A DNA stretch of 64,000 nt from an uncultured Christensenella sp. (lineage in GTDB: Bacteria; Bacillota; Clostridia; Christensenellales; DTU072): NCBI GenBank assembly GCA_949285605.1, contig CASDZI010000007.1, positions 19,387-83,386 on the forward strand, in the 5' to 3' direction. Shown here piece by piece: positions 8,630 through 16,665 of the stretch. The position numbers were made by a program, and so were the translations under genes. Numbering within the stretch: position 1 is the stretch's first letter; every line of letters begins with the position of its first letter. The notes under the pieces were generated by a model. The model saw nothing but the letters and a program-made list of their open reading frames with translations. It was not told where the DNA came from and did no database searches.

Positions 8630-9358
8630 CTATATCTGGAACATATTGTTTTTAAGCATATAGTGGTTGAAGTCGGTTTTGCCTTCGGTATTCCTTTTCC
8701 GCATAGGTTTGGCGGGGACGCCGCTGACGAGGGTGTAGTCGTCCACGTTTTTGGTGACCACGCTGCCCGTGGCGACGATGGCTCCCGTGCCGACGGTTAT
8801 GCCGGGGAGTATGGTGCAGTTGGTGTAGAGTTTGGCGTGAGGACCGATTTTTACAGGGGCGTAACTGCGGATAATGTGATCGGACTCGGAATGGGAATGG
8901 GTGAATATTTTACAGTATTCCGTCGCCATGGAAAAGTCCCCGAAACTTATTCCGCCCTTGGAGTCGAAGAAACTCCCCTGGTTCCAGGAGACGTTTTCGC
9001 CCACTTCGATGTTTTGTCCGTAATTGAAACGGCACCCTTCGTGCGCCACGAAGCCGTCTCCGCATTTTTTGAAAAGGCGTTTAGCGATGATTTGACGGAA
9101 AGGTACGGCAAAAGGAACGTGAATCCCCCAGATGACCCTGTCCACGCATTCCCAAAGGATATGCAGATTGCGTTGTTCTTCGGTGTAGGGAATTTCGTCG
9201 GAGAGCGGCAGGCAGTCCGACCATAAACGAATTTCCGAAAGATTTTCTTCGTCGAAACCGTTTATTCCGAGCAAAGAGAAAACTTTAAGCGTATTTTCGG
9301 CGTTCATTCCTTGTTCGGCAAGATTTCCGATAATTTCCAGCATTTTTTCCGTTTTCAT
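8630..9358 (-). CDS. Hexapeptide-repeat (left-handed beta-helix) acyl/acetyltransferase
   Basis: 242-aa ORF. The C-terminal half shows the LbH pattern (IGPHAKLYTNCTILPGITVGTGAIVATGSVVTKNVDDYTLVSGVPAKP). Confidence 0.75.
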   Translation of the reverse strand: MKTEKMLEIIGNLAEQGMNAENTLKVFSLLGINGFDEENLSEIRLWSDCLPLSDEIPYTEEQRNLHILWECVDRVIWGIHVPFAVPFRQIIAKRLFKKCGDGFVAHEGCRFNYGQNIEVGENVSWNQGSFFDSKGGISFGDFSMATEYCKIFTHSHSESDHIIRSYAPVKIGPHAKLYTNCTILPGITVGTGAIVATGSVVTKNVDDYTLVSGVPAKPMRKRNTEGKTDFNHYMLKNNMFQI

Positions 9359-9524
9359 AAATATCCTCTTGCAAAATTATTTTCCGATAAATTATAACAC
9401 ATTTTAGAAGCAAAATCAAAATGAAGTATGGTAATTTGCTTTCTGAAGTTTACACCAATGCGAGAGTTAATAATGAAACAACCGTATTGTCAATAAGACA
9501 AAATAATGATAAAATCATAAAAAG

Positions 9525-10082
9525 ATGGACAAGCGTGTTTTTAGATGTAATTATCTTATAAAAAAGATTCAAAAAGGGAACGAAAAGGCGTTAGACGAGT
9601 TATTTAAGGAATACGGAGCGCTTTTTCTCAACATGGCAAAAAAATATCTTTTCGATAAAAGCTATGCGGAAGATTTGTTGAGCGAAATGTTTTTGGAATT
9701 GTTAAAAAAGGAAGCACGGAGTTTTGACGAAAATAAAAATGGACTTAATTGGATTTTTACCATTATCAGAAGAAAGGCTTATCGTTTAAACGAACGAAAT
9801 AACTGTTCTTTTATTTTCGACGGGACAGAATACGGAAAGCATTTATCGGAGTATTTTGCTTATGAAGATAATCCTTTTTCCGAAAATTCTTTAGATAAAA
9901 CGCTTTTGAAGAAAGCGTTGGATACATTGACAGAAGAAGAAAACAAAATAATATATTATAAATATTGGGAAGGTTTGACGGTAAGGGAAATTGCTGGCGA
10001 AATGAATATACCTCGCTCTACCATTCAATATAAAATTAAAGAAATTTTATCAAAATTGAAAGAGTATTGGAACGGGAGATAG
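9525..10082 (+). CDS. ECF-type sigma-70 family RNA polymerase sigma factor
   Basis: 185-aa ORF. Region 2-like segment (LDELFKEYGALFLNMAKKYL..AEDLLSEMFLELL) and region 4 HTH (LTEEENKIIYYKYWEGLTVREIAGEMNIPRSTIQYKI). Confidence 0.8.
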   Translation: MDKRVFRCNYLIKKIQKGNEKALDELFKEYGALFLNMAKKYLFDKSYAEDLLSEMFLELLKKEARSFDENKNGLNWIFTIIRRKAYRLNERNNCSFIFDGTEYGKHLSEYFAYEDNPFSENSLDKTLLKKALDTLTEEENKIIYYKYWEGLTVREIAGEMNIPRSTIQYKIKEILSKLKEYWNGR

Positions 10083-10087
10083 TGAAA

Positions 10088-10780
10088 ATGAGGAAAAAAG
10101 ATATAGAAAGCAAGATAGTAGGTTCTTTGGAAGACGTTTCCCCTTTGAATTCGCAAATTCTGAATGCGGCTAAAGAAGAAATGAAAGAGTGCAAAAAGAA
10201 ATGCGGGAAAAGAAACGTTTTCAAATATGCGTTTGTTTGTTTTGTGTCCGCAATTTTGTGCATAGCTATAGTTTTGACCGTAAAATACGTACAAAAGGAT
10301 AATTCAGGTGCATTGCCGGACGGATATTCGGAATTAAAATATGTTTCTATGTCCGACTATTTAACGGAACACGGAATTGCTCTTACCGCTTACGATCGTT
10401 TGTTTGATGACGGGCTGGGTACAGAATCTGGCAATTCGGGAAGCGACCATTACGTTTCGACGGGGTGCAATGTAGTTTTCTATAACGGGGAAGAAGTTTG
10501 CATAACAGAAAATTACGATTTTTACGTTACCGATAAGATCACGGTTTCTATTTTGTTGTCCGATAAAGGCAGTGCGGAAAAAGATTTGTTTGAAGAATAT
10601 ATTGCTTTACAGGAAAATATGACCGTCATGGGAACAGAAATAGAGTACTCTTTCGACGAAAAAAAATCAGAAGGAAAAGCCAAATTTGTTTATAAAGAAT
10701 ATAAAATTTATATGAATTTCGTGACTTCCTCTAAAAGTTCTATGATAAGTCACTTGCAAACTTTTATCATTTTACAATAA
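10088..10780 (+). CDS. Single-pass membrane protein, candidate anti-sigma factor
   Basis: It lies immediately after, and overlaps, the sigma gene. ATG 10088 has a GGGAGA RBS; the track's TTG 10067 is an alternative start. Short cytoplasmic N-terminus, one TM helix (FVCFVSAILCIAIVLTV), then an extracytoplasmic domain. The function is inferred from position only. Confidence 0.45.
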   Translation: MRKKDIESKIVGSLEDVSPLNSQILNAAKEEMKECKKKCGKRNVFKYAFVCFVSAILCIAIVLTVKYVQKDNSGALPDGYSELKYVSMSDYLTEHGIALTAYDRLFDDGLGTESGNSGSDHYVSTGCNVVFYNGEEVCITENYDFYVTDKITVSILLSDKGSAEKDLFEEYIALQENMTVMGTEIEYSFDEKKSEGKAKFVYKEYKIYMNFVTSSKSSMISHLQTFIILQ

Positions 10781-10855
10781 TTTTTTGTTTTTTCTTTGGA
10801 CATAACCGATATTCTCGCCCTAATTATTTATAAAAGAATATCGGAGGTGTCTTAA

Positions 10856-11476
10856 ATGAAAAGCTTATTAAAATTTAGTAAATTATTTTTCATTCTTATT
10901 TCGGTATTTTTGTTATTTATTTTCTCTTCGTGTGAAAAATCTATCACTGAAACAGATAATTCGGGAACAGAAAACACGATTTATAATTATATGGATTTTA
11001 AATTTGTTTCTAATGAAATATTATCGTTGGAATACGCTTACGACCAAAATATAGTTTCGCAAAACGATATAAGAAGTATAGGTTTTTATCATAACGGAGG
11101 GAAAGAGTGGAAAGGCGAAATAGGCGAAGAGGTAAAAATAGAAGATTTTATCGTTACCGATTATCGTCCGATTAACAAGGATCCGTCTGTTCTTTCCGCC
11201 GAACAAAAACAAAAAATCAAAGAACTTTACGCACAATATCTTAACGATGCTATTAAATACTTTTATGAAAATCAAGGATTAAACATTAAAATCGATTTAA
11301 TCAAAGCCGATGACGTTAAAATAATCGATTATTACGGAGTTTATAACGATTATGCGGCGGTTTTAATCAAACATAACGATATGGGTTTACAGAAAATCGA
11401 AACGCCCGTTATCGCAGGGGTTGCGTTCTATTATCCGAACAGCGAAGAAACGATATTGCTGATCGGCAAAATATAA
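10856..11476 (+). CDS. Lipoprotein of unknown function
   Basis: 206-aa ORF with GGAGG RBS. Signal peptide ending in the lipobox FSSC (LLFIFSSCEKS). Confidence 0.6.
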   Translation: MKSLLKFSKLFFILISVFLLFIFSSCEKSITETDNSGTENTIYNYMDFKFVSNEILSLEYAYDQNIVSQNDIRSIGFYHNGGKEWKGEIGEEVKIEDFIVTDYRPINKDPSVLSAEQKQKIKELYAQYLNDAIKYFYENQGLNIKIDLIKADDVKIIDYYGVYNDYAAVLIKHNDMGLQKIETPVIAGVAFYYPNSEETILLIGKI

Positions 11477-11502
11477 AAAAATTATTGATTTTGGAGGCGA
11501 CT

Positions 11503-14070
11503 ATGAAAAACAAAGTATTAAGCATCAACAAAACATTATTAGTTGTAGTTTTTTTTATGATACTTTTGATAGGATTTTTAACAAATAGTTCAACTAATGC
11601 ATATGCAATAAATAATGGCACTGAATTATTTGAAGAAAAAATATATTGTAATACAACAATTGATGAAGATTTTGATGAGAGTTGTGTTTTGGTTGTTATA
11701 GATAAATATCATAGTGAAGTTAACAAAGTATATGATAAAAATTTTTTTGGGGATGTCTCAATAAGGGAAGTTGAAGATTTAACGAGTTTTAACAGTAATA
11801 TAGATAACTTGGATTATTTAAATCTGCAAGAATTTAGGCAGATATTAAAATTGGAACTTGAAGAACCTTCCAAACAAAATGTTTTAGATACTATCCATTC
11901 TATCGAGAATATAGATGGAGTGTTAAGTGCCTCGCCAAGTCATTATTTAAGGGATTGTACTTTACCTGGATGTGTGACTGGAGAAAATTATACAAATTTA
12001 TGGGGTTTACATGGAGACTATGGTATTAATGCTGAAGAAGCTTGGGAAATAACGACAGGGAATAGTGGTGTAAGAGTTGGAATAATAGATACAGGTGTTG
12101 ATAATCATAATGATTTATCAGGGAATTTAGTTACAGGGTGGAATGTGCTTGTTGATAATGCGACTCAAACAGATAATGTTGGACACGGGACACATATAGC
12201 AGGGACAATAGGCGCAAATGGGGAAAATATTAATGGTATTGTTGGCGTCTCTCCAAATGTATCATTGGTACCAATACAAGCGGCGATTGGTTTGCCAGTG
12301 CCTATTCTTAATATGGTCATACCTATTCTTAATGAAGAAACCTGCGTAGCAGGAATTGAATGGGCAATAGAAAATAATATAGATATAATTAACTTTAGTA
12401 TAGGTGGTTATTCTGAAACTTTAGCGTTAAAAACAGCTATTTCTAATTACACAGGATTGTTTGTTTGTGCGGCAGGTAATGGAATAAAAAATGATTTAGG
12501 AGAATATGAGGGAGTTAATACCGATGTTACGCCACATTATCCATCATGTTATAATCATGGGGAAGAATTTAGTGATAGAGTTATTTCGGTTGGCGCCATG
12601 AGTGAAAATGGTGTGCGTACATATTTTTCTAACTATGGCGCAACCTCTGTCGATATTTTTGCTCCAGGTGAAAACATTTTAAGTACAGTGCCTAACAGTA
12701 TATCAAATAGCGGATATGCGTATTTTAACGGTACTTCTATGGCAACTCCTCATGTTGTAGGAACAGCGGCTTTACTATATTCACAATTCTTAAGAAATTC
12801 TCATAATTTAACTAGGAGCGAAATAGCAGTATTAATTAAATCTATAATCATAAAAAATGCTACTATAGATGTTGAATTTTCAGGGAAATGTGTTGCCGGT
12901 GGACGCCTTAATGCTTATAAAGCACTTTCAAATAACTCATATAAACAAGTGATGACAGGGTTTGGTTATTATTCAACTTTAAGACATTGGCATGGGAAAG
13001 TAGATCTTCTTATAAATAATATTTCTTCTTTTTATACTAATTCAGATAATAGACTAGTTGTTACTAAAGTAACTGATTTAGTATTTTCTGTTGGGACTAA
13101 AAGTGCATATAATACTTGGCATGAAATTAATGGAACAGTTACTTTTGAATTAAAAAACAGTGCGGGGGAAATTATACAAATAAATAATAATAATACATTT
13201 ACAAGTACTATAAGAGTGGGATTAATTAGCAATACATCATACACTAATCGTGGTTTTACAATCAATTCTGCAAATTTGCCAAACGATACTTATACATTAT
13301 TATTAAATTGTTATACAAGTAGAGACGGGCAAGGGCAAACTAGCTCAGCATCTTTTACATTTATTATAAATAAATCTTCATGCATTGCAGCGGGCAGTCT
13401 AATAACATTATCCGACGGGAGTCAGGTCGCAGTAGAAAATCTTGTTGGGAATGAAGAACTACTTGTGTGGAATATGCAAACGGGAAGCTTTGATGTAGCA
13501 CCAATATTTTTTATTGATAATGACCCTTTTAGCACATACGAAGTTATAGAATTAACTTTTTCAGATAATTCTAAAGTACAGATTATAGATGAACATGCTT
13601 TTTTTAATGCTACAATTGGTAAATATGTATTTTTAACAAACAATGCAGATCAATATATTGGACATTATTTCAATAAATACAATAACATAGGTGGTCAAAA
13701 CGACTGGAATACGGTGCAACTAGTAAACGTAGAAATTTTTACTACTCAAACTTCGGCTTGGAGTCCTGTAACTTATGGACATTTATGTTATTATGTTAAT
13801 GGTATGCTATCCTTACCTGGTGGAATAGAAATATTAACAAATATTTTCGATGTGGATACCGAATTAATGAAATATGACTTAATCTCATTTAATCAAGATA
13901 TTAATGAATATGGATTATTTAGTTATGAAGAATTTTGCTTAATTTGGGATGTGCCCGAGGTCTTTTTTGAAGCTTTTAACGGGAAATATCTTAAAGTGGC
14001 GTTAGGTAAAGAATTGATTTCGATAGAGGATGTAACTTTATTAATAGAAAGATACCAAAATTTATTTTAA
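11503..14070 (+). CDS. Secreted S8 subtilisin-family serine peptidase with C-terminal Hint (Hedgehog/intein-type) domain
   Basis: ATG 11503 follows a GGAGG RBS. Signal peptide MKNKVLSINKTLLVVVFFMILLIGFLTNSSTNAYA. I9-like propeptide. Catalytic Asp (VGIIDTGVD), His (HGTHIAGTIG), oxyanion Asn (CAAGNG) and Ser (NGTSMATPHVVGTAALL). A beta-rich middle region follows, then the Hint-like CIAAGSLITLSDGSQVAVENL ... QIIDEHAFF ... GHLCYYVNGMLS. Confidence 0.85.
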   Translation: MKNKVLSINKTLLVVVFFMILLIGFLTNSSTNAYAINNGTELFEEKIYCNTTIDEDFDESCVLVVIDKYHSEVNKVYDKNFFGDVSIREVEDLTSFNSNIDNLDYLNLQEFRQILKLELEEPSKQNVLDTIHSIENIDGVLSASPSHYLRDCTLPGCVTGENYTNLWGLHGDYGINAEEAWEITTGNSGVRVGIIDTGVDNHNDLSGNLVTGWNVLVDNATQTDNVGHGTHIAGTIGANGENINGIVGVSPNVSLVPIQAAIGLPVPILNMVIPILNEETCVAGIEWAIENNIDIINFSIGGYSETLALKTAISNYTGLFVCAAGNGIKNDLGEYEGVNTDVTPHYPSCYNHGEEFSDRVISVGAMSENGVRTYFSNYGATSVDIFAPGENILSTVPNSISNSGYAYFNGTSMATPHVVGTAALLYSQFLRNSHNLTRSEIAVLIKSIIIKNATIDVEFSGKCVAGGRLNAYKALSNNSYKQVMTGFGYYSTLRHWHGKVDLLINNISSFYTNSDNRLVVTKVTDLVFSVGTKSAYNTWHEINGTVTFELKNSAGEIIQINNNNTFTSTIRVGLISNTSYTNRGFTINSANLPNDTYTLLLNCYTSRDGQGQTSSASFTFIINKSSCIAAGSLITLSDGSQVAVENLVGNEELLVWNMQTGSFDVAPIFFIDNDPFSTYEVIELTFSDNSKVQIIDEHAFFNATIGKYVFLTNNADQYIGHYFNKYNNIGGQNDWNTVQLVNVEIFTTQTSAWSPVTYGHLCYYVNGMLSLPGGIEILTNIFDVDTELMKYDLISFNQDINEYGLFSYEEFCLIWDVPEVFFEAFNGKYLKVALGKELISIEDVTLLIERYQNLF

Positions 14071-14090
14071 AATGAATTACCACTTATTGT

Positions 14091-14126
14091 AATTAGAATG
14101 CGCCTTTTTTAAGGCGCATTCTAATT
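14091..14126. terminator. Perfect 14-bp-stem hairpin at right end of the AT-rich cassette (putative terminator)
   Basis: aattagaatgcgcc (14091-14104) pairs with ggcgcattctaatt (14113-14126), with loop ttttttaa. There is no clear U-tract after the stem, so terminator function is uncertain. Confidence 0.5.
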
Positions 14127-14212
14127 AGAGGCATTGATAAAGATACTTTCAAAAACTATTTTTTTGTATTATCATAATAATAATAATAATTCGATTTAAG
14201 AGGAGACGGAAT

Positions 14213-15532
14213 ATGAAAGTTATAGTTGCGGGTGCGGGAATAGGCGGTTTGGTTGCGGCGGCGGCGCTCGCCGAATGCGGATTGCAGGTGACGGTTTACG
14301 AAAAGGCGGCGTCGGAGGACGTTATGCGGTACGACTGGCACGACGACGTGGAGAAAGATTATTTCGAGTTGTTGGGCGTTAAACCTCCCGAAGGGGCTTT
14401 CCGCAAGAAAAACTGGAGTTTCGCTTCCCCCTGTTCGGATAAGGTGAGAAGATATTATCAGGAAGCAAAAGACGCCGATTTCTCGGTGGAAAGACGGGCG
14501 TTGAACCGAATTTTGATAGAAAAAGCTAAAAACGCGGAGATAGAATTCGCGTCCACGGTCACTTCTCCCGTTATACGGGACGGCATTGTTACGGGGGTGG
14601 TGGTAAACGGACGGAAGGAAGAAGCCGACCTCGTTATCGACAGCGCAGGGATATTTTCTCCTATCAGGAGAGCGTTGGTTAAGGAAGGACTTTTGCCCGA
14701 TTTCGGGAAAGACGAAATTTTTATGGCGTACAGGGCTTTTTTCGAGAAGAACAAGTCCCTTCCCGACCCCGAGCACACCAACAAAGTCTATCTCAAACAT
14801 ATGGGACAGAACGGCATAAGCTGGGCTATTCTCGACAACGACCCGAATATGGTGGACGTGCTTATAGGCAGAATAGGAGAATTGGACGACGAAACGCTTG
14901 CCGACGCCTTGACGTGCCTCCGTAAAGAAAATCCTATTATCGGAGAGAAAGTTTTACGGGGAGGGATAAAAGTAGCCATTCCCGTACGTTATCCTGCCAC
15001 GAGGACGGTTGCCGACGGATACGTTTCGATAGGAGACGCAGCCTTTATGACCATACCTATGTTGGGGAGCGGCATAGCGTCTTCCACGAAAGCCGCTTTT
15101 CTGCTTTCCGAAACCGTCAAGGAAGCTCTGGTCGCAGGGCAAGGACAGAAGGCGTTTTCCAAGGAAAATCTCTGGAAATACCAGGTGAAAATTTTTCACT
15201 TGTTCGGGGCGGAGCATTGCGGACTGGATATTCTGAAAAGAAACGTGTTGAAAACCGACGTAAAGACGTTGGAATGGATGATCGTTTCGGATCTGTTGAC
15301 AAACGACGAAATAGGCAAACTCGCTTCCGGCGGAATGCTGGACGTTTCCTTCAAGGAGATCTTGCGGAAGATAAAGGTGGCGGGACCGTCTCGTCTCGGG
15401 ATTTTGCTCAAACTCAAGGGAATGCTCGATTTAAGTAAAAAAGCATATAACGTCGCAAAAAAAATTCCCGCTTTTTACGACGGGAAGAAAATAGCCGATT
15501 GGGAGAGAAAACTCCTTTCTCTCTATCGGTAA
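14213..15532 (+). CDS. FAD-dependent oxidoreductase (geranylgeranyl-reductase-like family)
   Basis: 439-aa ORF with AGAGGAG RBS. N-terminal dinucleotide-binding MKVIVAGAGIGGLVAAAALAECGLQVTVYEK and a downstream GD motif (VSIGDAAF). Confidence 0.75.
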   Translation: MKVIVAGAGIGGLVAAAALAECGLQVTVYEKAASEDVMRYDWHDDVEKDYFELLGVKPPEGAFRKKNWSFASPCSDKVRRYYQEAKDADFSVERRALNRILIEKAKNAEIEFASTVTSPVIRDGIVTGVVVNGRKEEADLVIDSAGIFSPIRRALVKEGLLPDFGKDEIFMAYRAFFEKNKSLPDPEHTNKVYLKHMGQNGISWAILDNDPNMVDVLIGRIGELDDETLADALTCLRKENPIIGEKVLRGGIKVAIPVRYPATRTVADGYVSIGDAAFMTIPMLGSGIASSTKAAFLLSETVKEALVAGQGQKAFSKENLWKYQVKIFHLFGAEHCGLDILKRNVLKTDVKTLEWMIVSDLLTNDEIGKLASGGMLDVSFKEILRKIKVAGPSRLGILLKLKGMLDLSKKAYNVAKKIPAFYDGKKIADWERKLLSLYR

Positions 15533-15559
15533 AAGTCCGACGGAACGGTTTCGGGACAT

Positions 15560-15946
15560 TTAATCTTCGTATTCCGTGACGACGGCATTTTTGCGGCATT
15601 TCTCGGCGCACAGTCCGCACTTTATGCAGCGGTCGGCGTCGATACGGAATTTTTCTTTCAGGACTCCGCTTATCGCACCGAAACGACAGGCCCTTTGGCA
15701 AAGCGAACAGCCTATGCAAGCGTTTTCGTCGATATACACCTTTTTTCTTATTTTAACGCCCGGCGCAGGGGAAATGCAGGCGTTGGTGCAGTAGGCGGCG
15801 CAAAGACCGCAGCTTCGGCAGAGCGTTTCGTCTATCGTAAAAATATCCGTGCGATTTTCCACGGTATGTTTCACGGCGCCGAAAGGACAGAGAAATTCGC
15901 AATAAGCGCATTTTACGCAACGGTTTTGGTCTATGATAAAGGACAT
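15560..15946 (-). CDS. Poly-ferredoxin, four 4Fe-4S cluster motifs
   Basis: 128-aa ORF with GAGGAGG RBS. Four CxxCxxCxxxC motifs: CVKCAYCEFLC, CRSCGLCAAYC, CIGCSLCQRAC and CIKCGLCAEKC. Confidence 0.85.
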   Translation of the reverse strand: MSFIIDQNRCVKCAYCEFLCPFGAVKHTVENRTDIFTIDETLCRSCGLCAAYCTNACISPAPGVKIRKKVYIDENACIGCSLCQRACRFGAISGVLKEKFRIDADRCIKCGLCAEKCRKNAVVTEYED

Positions 15947-16071
15947 TCTTGCGCCTCCTCAAGTTTAATGTTTTAACTCGGATATTATATTACCACGCTT
16001 TTCGCCTAAAGTCCATAGTTGTATTTTTCTTGGAAATTACAGCGAATACGGGCATGTGCGAAATTTCGGTA

Positions 16072-16100
16072 TTGACACGCAATAAAGTATAAATTAAAAT
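16072..16100 (+). promoter_or_regulatory. Sigma-A-type promoter of hup
   Basis: TTGACA (16072-16077), 17-nt spacer, TAAAAT (16095-16100). Confidence 0.55.
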
Positions 16101-16154
16101 ATAACTATAGAAGGGTTTTTGACCCGCAGCAAAGTCGTTAAGGAGGACAAAATA

Positions 16155-16412
16155 ATGAACAAAAGCGATTTAATCAACGCAATACGAGCTAAAACCGGAT
16201 TGACCGCCAAAGATGCGGAAGCCTTTTTCGGAGCGTTTTGGGGCAGTATCAAGGAAGCTCTCGCCGCAGGAGAAGAAGTAAATCTTACCGGAATCGGTTC
16301 CTTTAAGGTCAAAGAAAGAGCCGCAAGAGAGAGCATAAATCCCAGAACTAAGGAAAAAATCGTGGTTCCCGCAAAGAAAGCCGTCGCTTTCAAAATTTCG
16401 AAATCCTGGTAA
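16155..16412 (+). CDS. hup: DNA-binding protein HU
   Basis: MNKSDLINAIRAKTGLTAKDAEAFFGAFWGSIKEALAAGEEVNLTGIGSFKVKERAARESINPRTKEKIVVPAKKAVAFK is a canonical HU. ATG 16155 follows an AAGGAGGA RBS; the track's upstream start at 16119 is rejected. Confidence 0.9.
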   Translation: MNKSDLINAIRAKTGLTAKDAEAFFGAFWGSIKEALAAGEEVNLTGIGSFKVKERAARESINPRTKEKIVVPAKKAVAFKISKSW

Positions 16413-16425
16413 AATAAAGCCTTAT

Positions 16426-16451
16426 CCCCGCCTTGCGGCGGGGAGTTTTTT
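16426..16451 (+). terminator. Intrinsic terminator of hup
   Basis: ccccgcc-ttgc-ggcgggg followed by a T6 run. Confidence 0.8.
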
Positions 16452-16665
16452 ATCGCAATTTCCTGTTTTTTACATTCGTATAAATTTATACGAAGCGGGA
16501 GGTTGCGAATTTTTTTTAGTATGGATTTTCCTTACGATTCGCTTAGCGGCGTCGAAAGGCGCACCGAAGAAATCGCAAAAAAATTAAGATAAAAAAAAGT
16601 CTTAAAGGTGTAAAATGTATTTAACGTATATTTTATCCTTACAGGGGGAAATAAAGGAAAGTAGA

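Larger units (their letters stand above)
9360..14130. other. Compositionally distinct AT-rich accessory cassette (4 co-directional genes)
   Basis: Abrupt drop in GC relative to both flanks. Hand spot counts give 15/60 G+C at 11641-11700 versus 40/60 at 14221-14280. Codon usage shifts to A/T-ending codons. Confidence 0.7.

Noticed and set aside
9421-9561. 46-codon ORF (MKYGNLLSEVYTNARVNNETTVLSIRQNNDKIIKRWTSVFLDVIIL) upstream of and overlapping the ECF sigma start.
   Set aside because: It has no RBS, lies in AT-rich intergenic sequence where ORFs arise by chance, and overlaps the better-supported sigma start.
9360-14130. Calling the AT-rich cassette a prophage remnant, IS or integrative element.
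   Set aside because: No integrase, transposase, recombinase, terminal inverted repeats, flanking direct repeats or tRNA target could be seen. It is reported only as a compositional island.
14174-14190. (ATA)n microsatellite (ataataataataataat) at the right border of the AT-rich cassette.
   Set aside because: It has fewer than 6 units, lies in an intergenic promoter region, and has no matching copy at the left border, so it is not an att-like direct repeat. The 214-aa minus ORF that reads it as YYYYY (14156-14800) is antisense to the FAD oxidoreductase gene.
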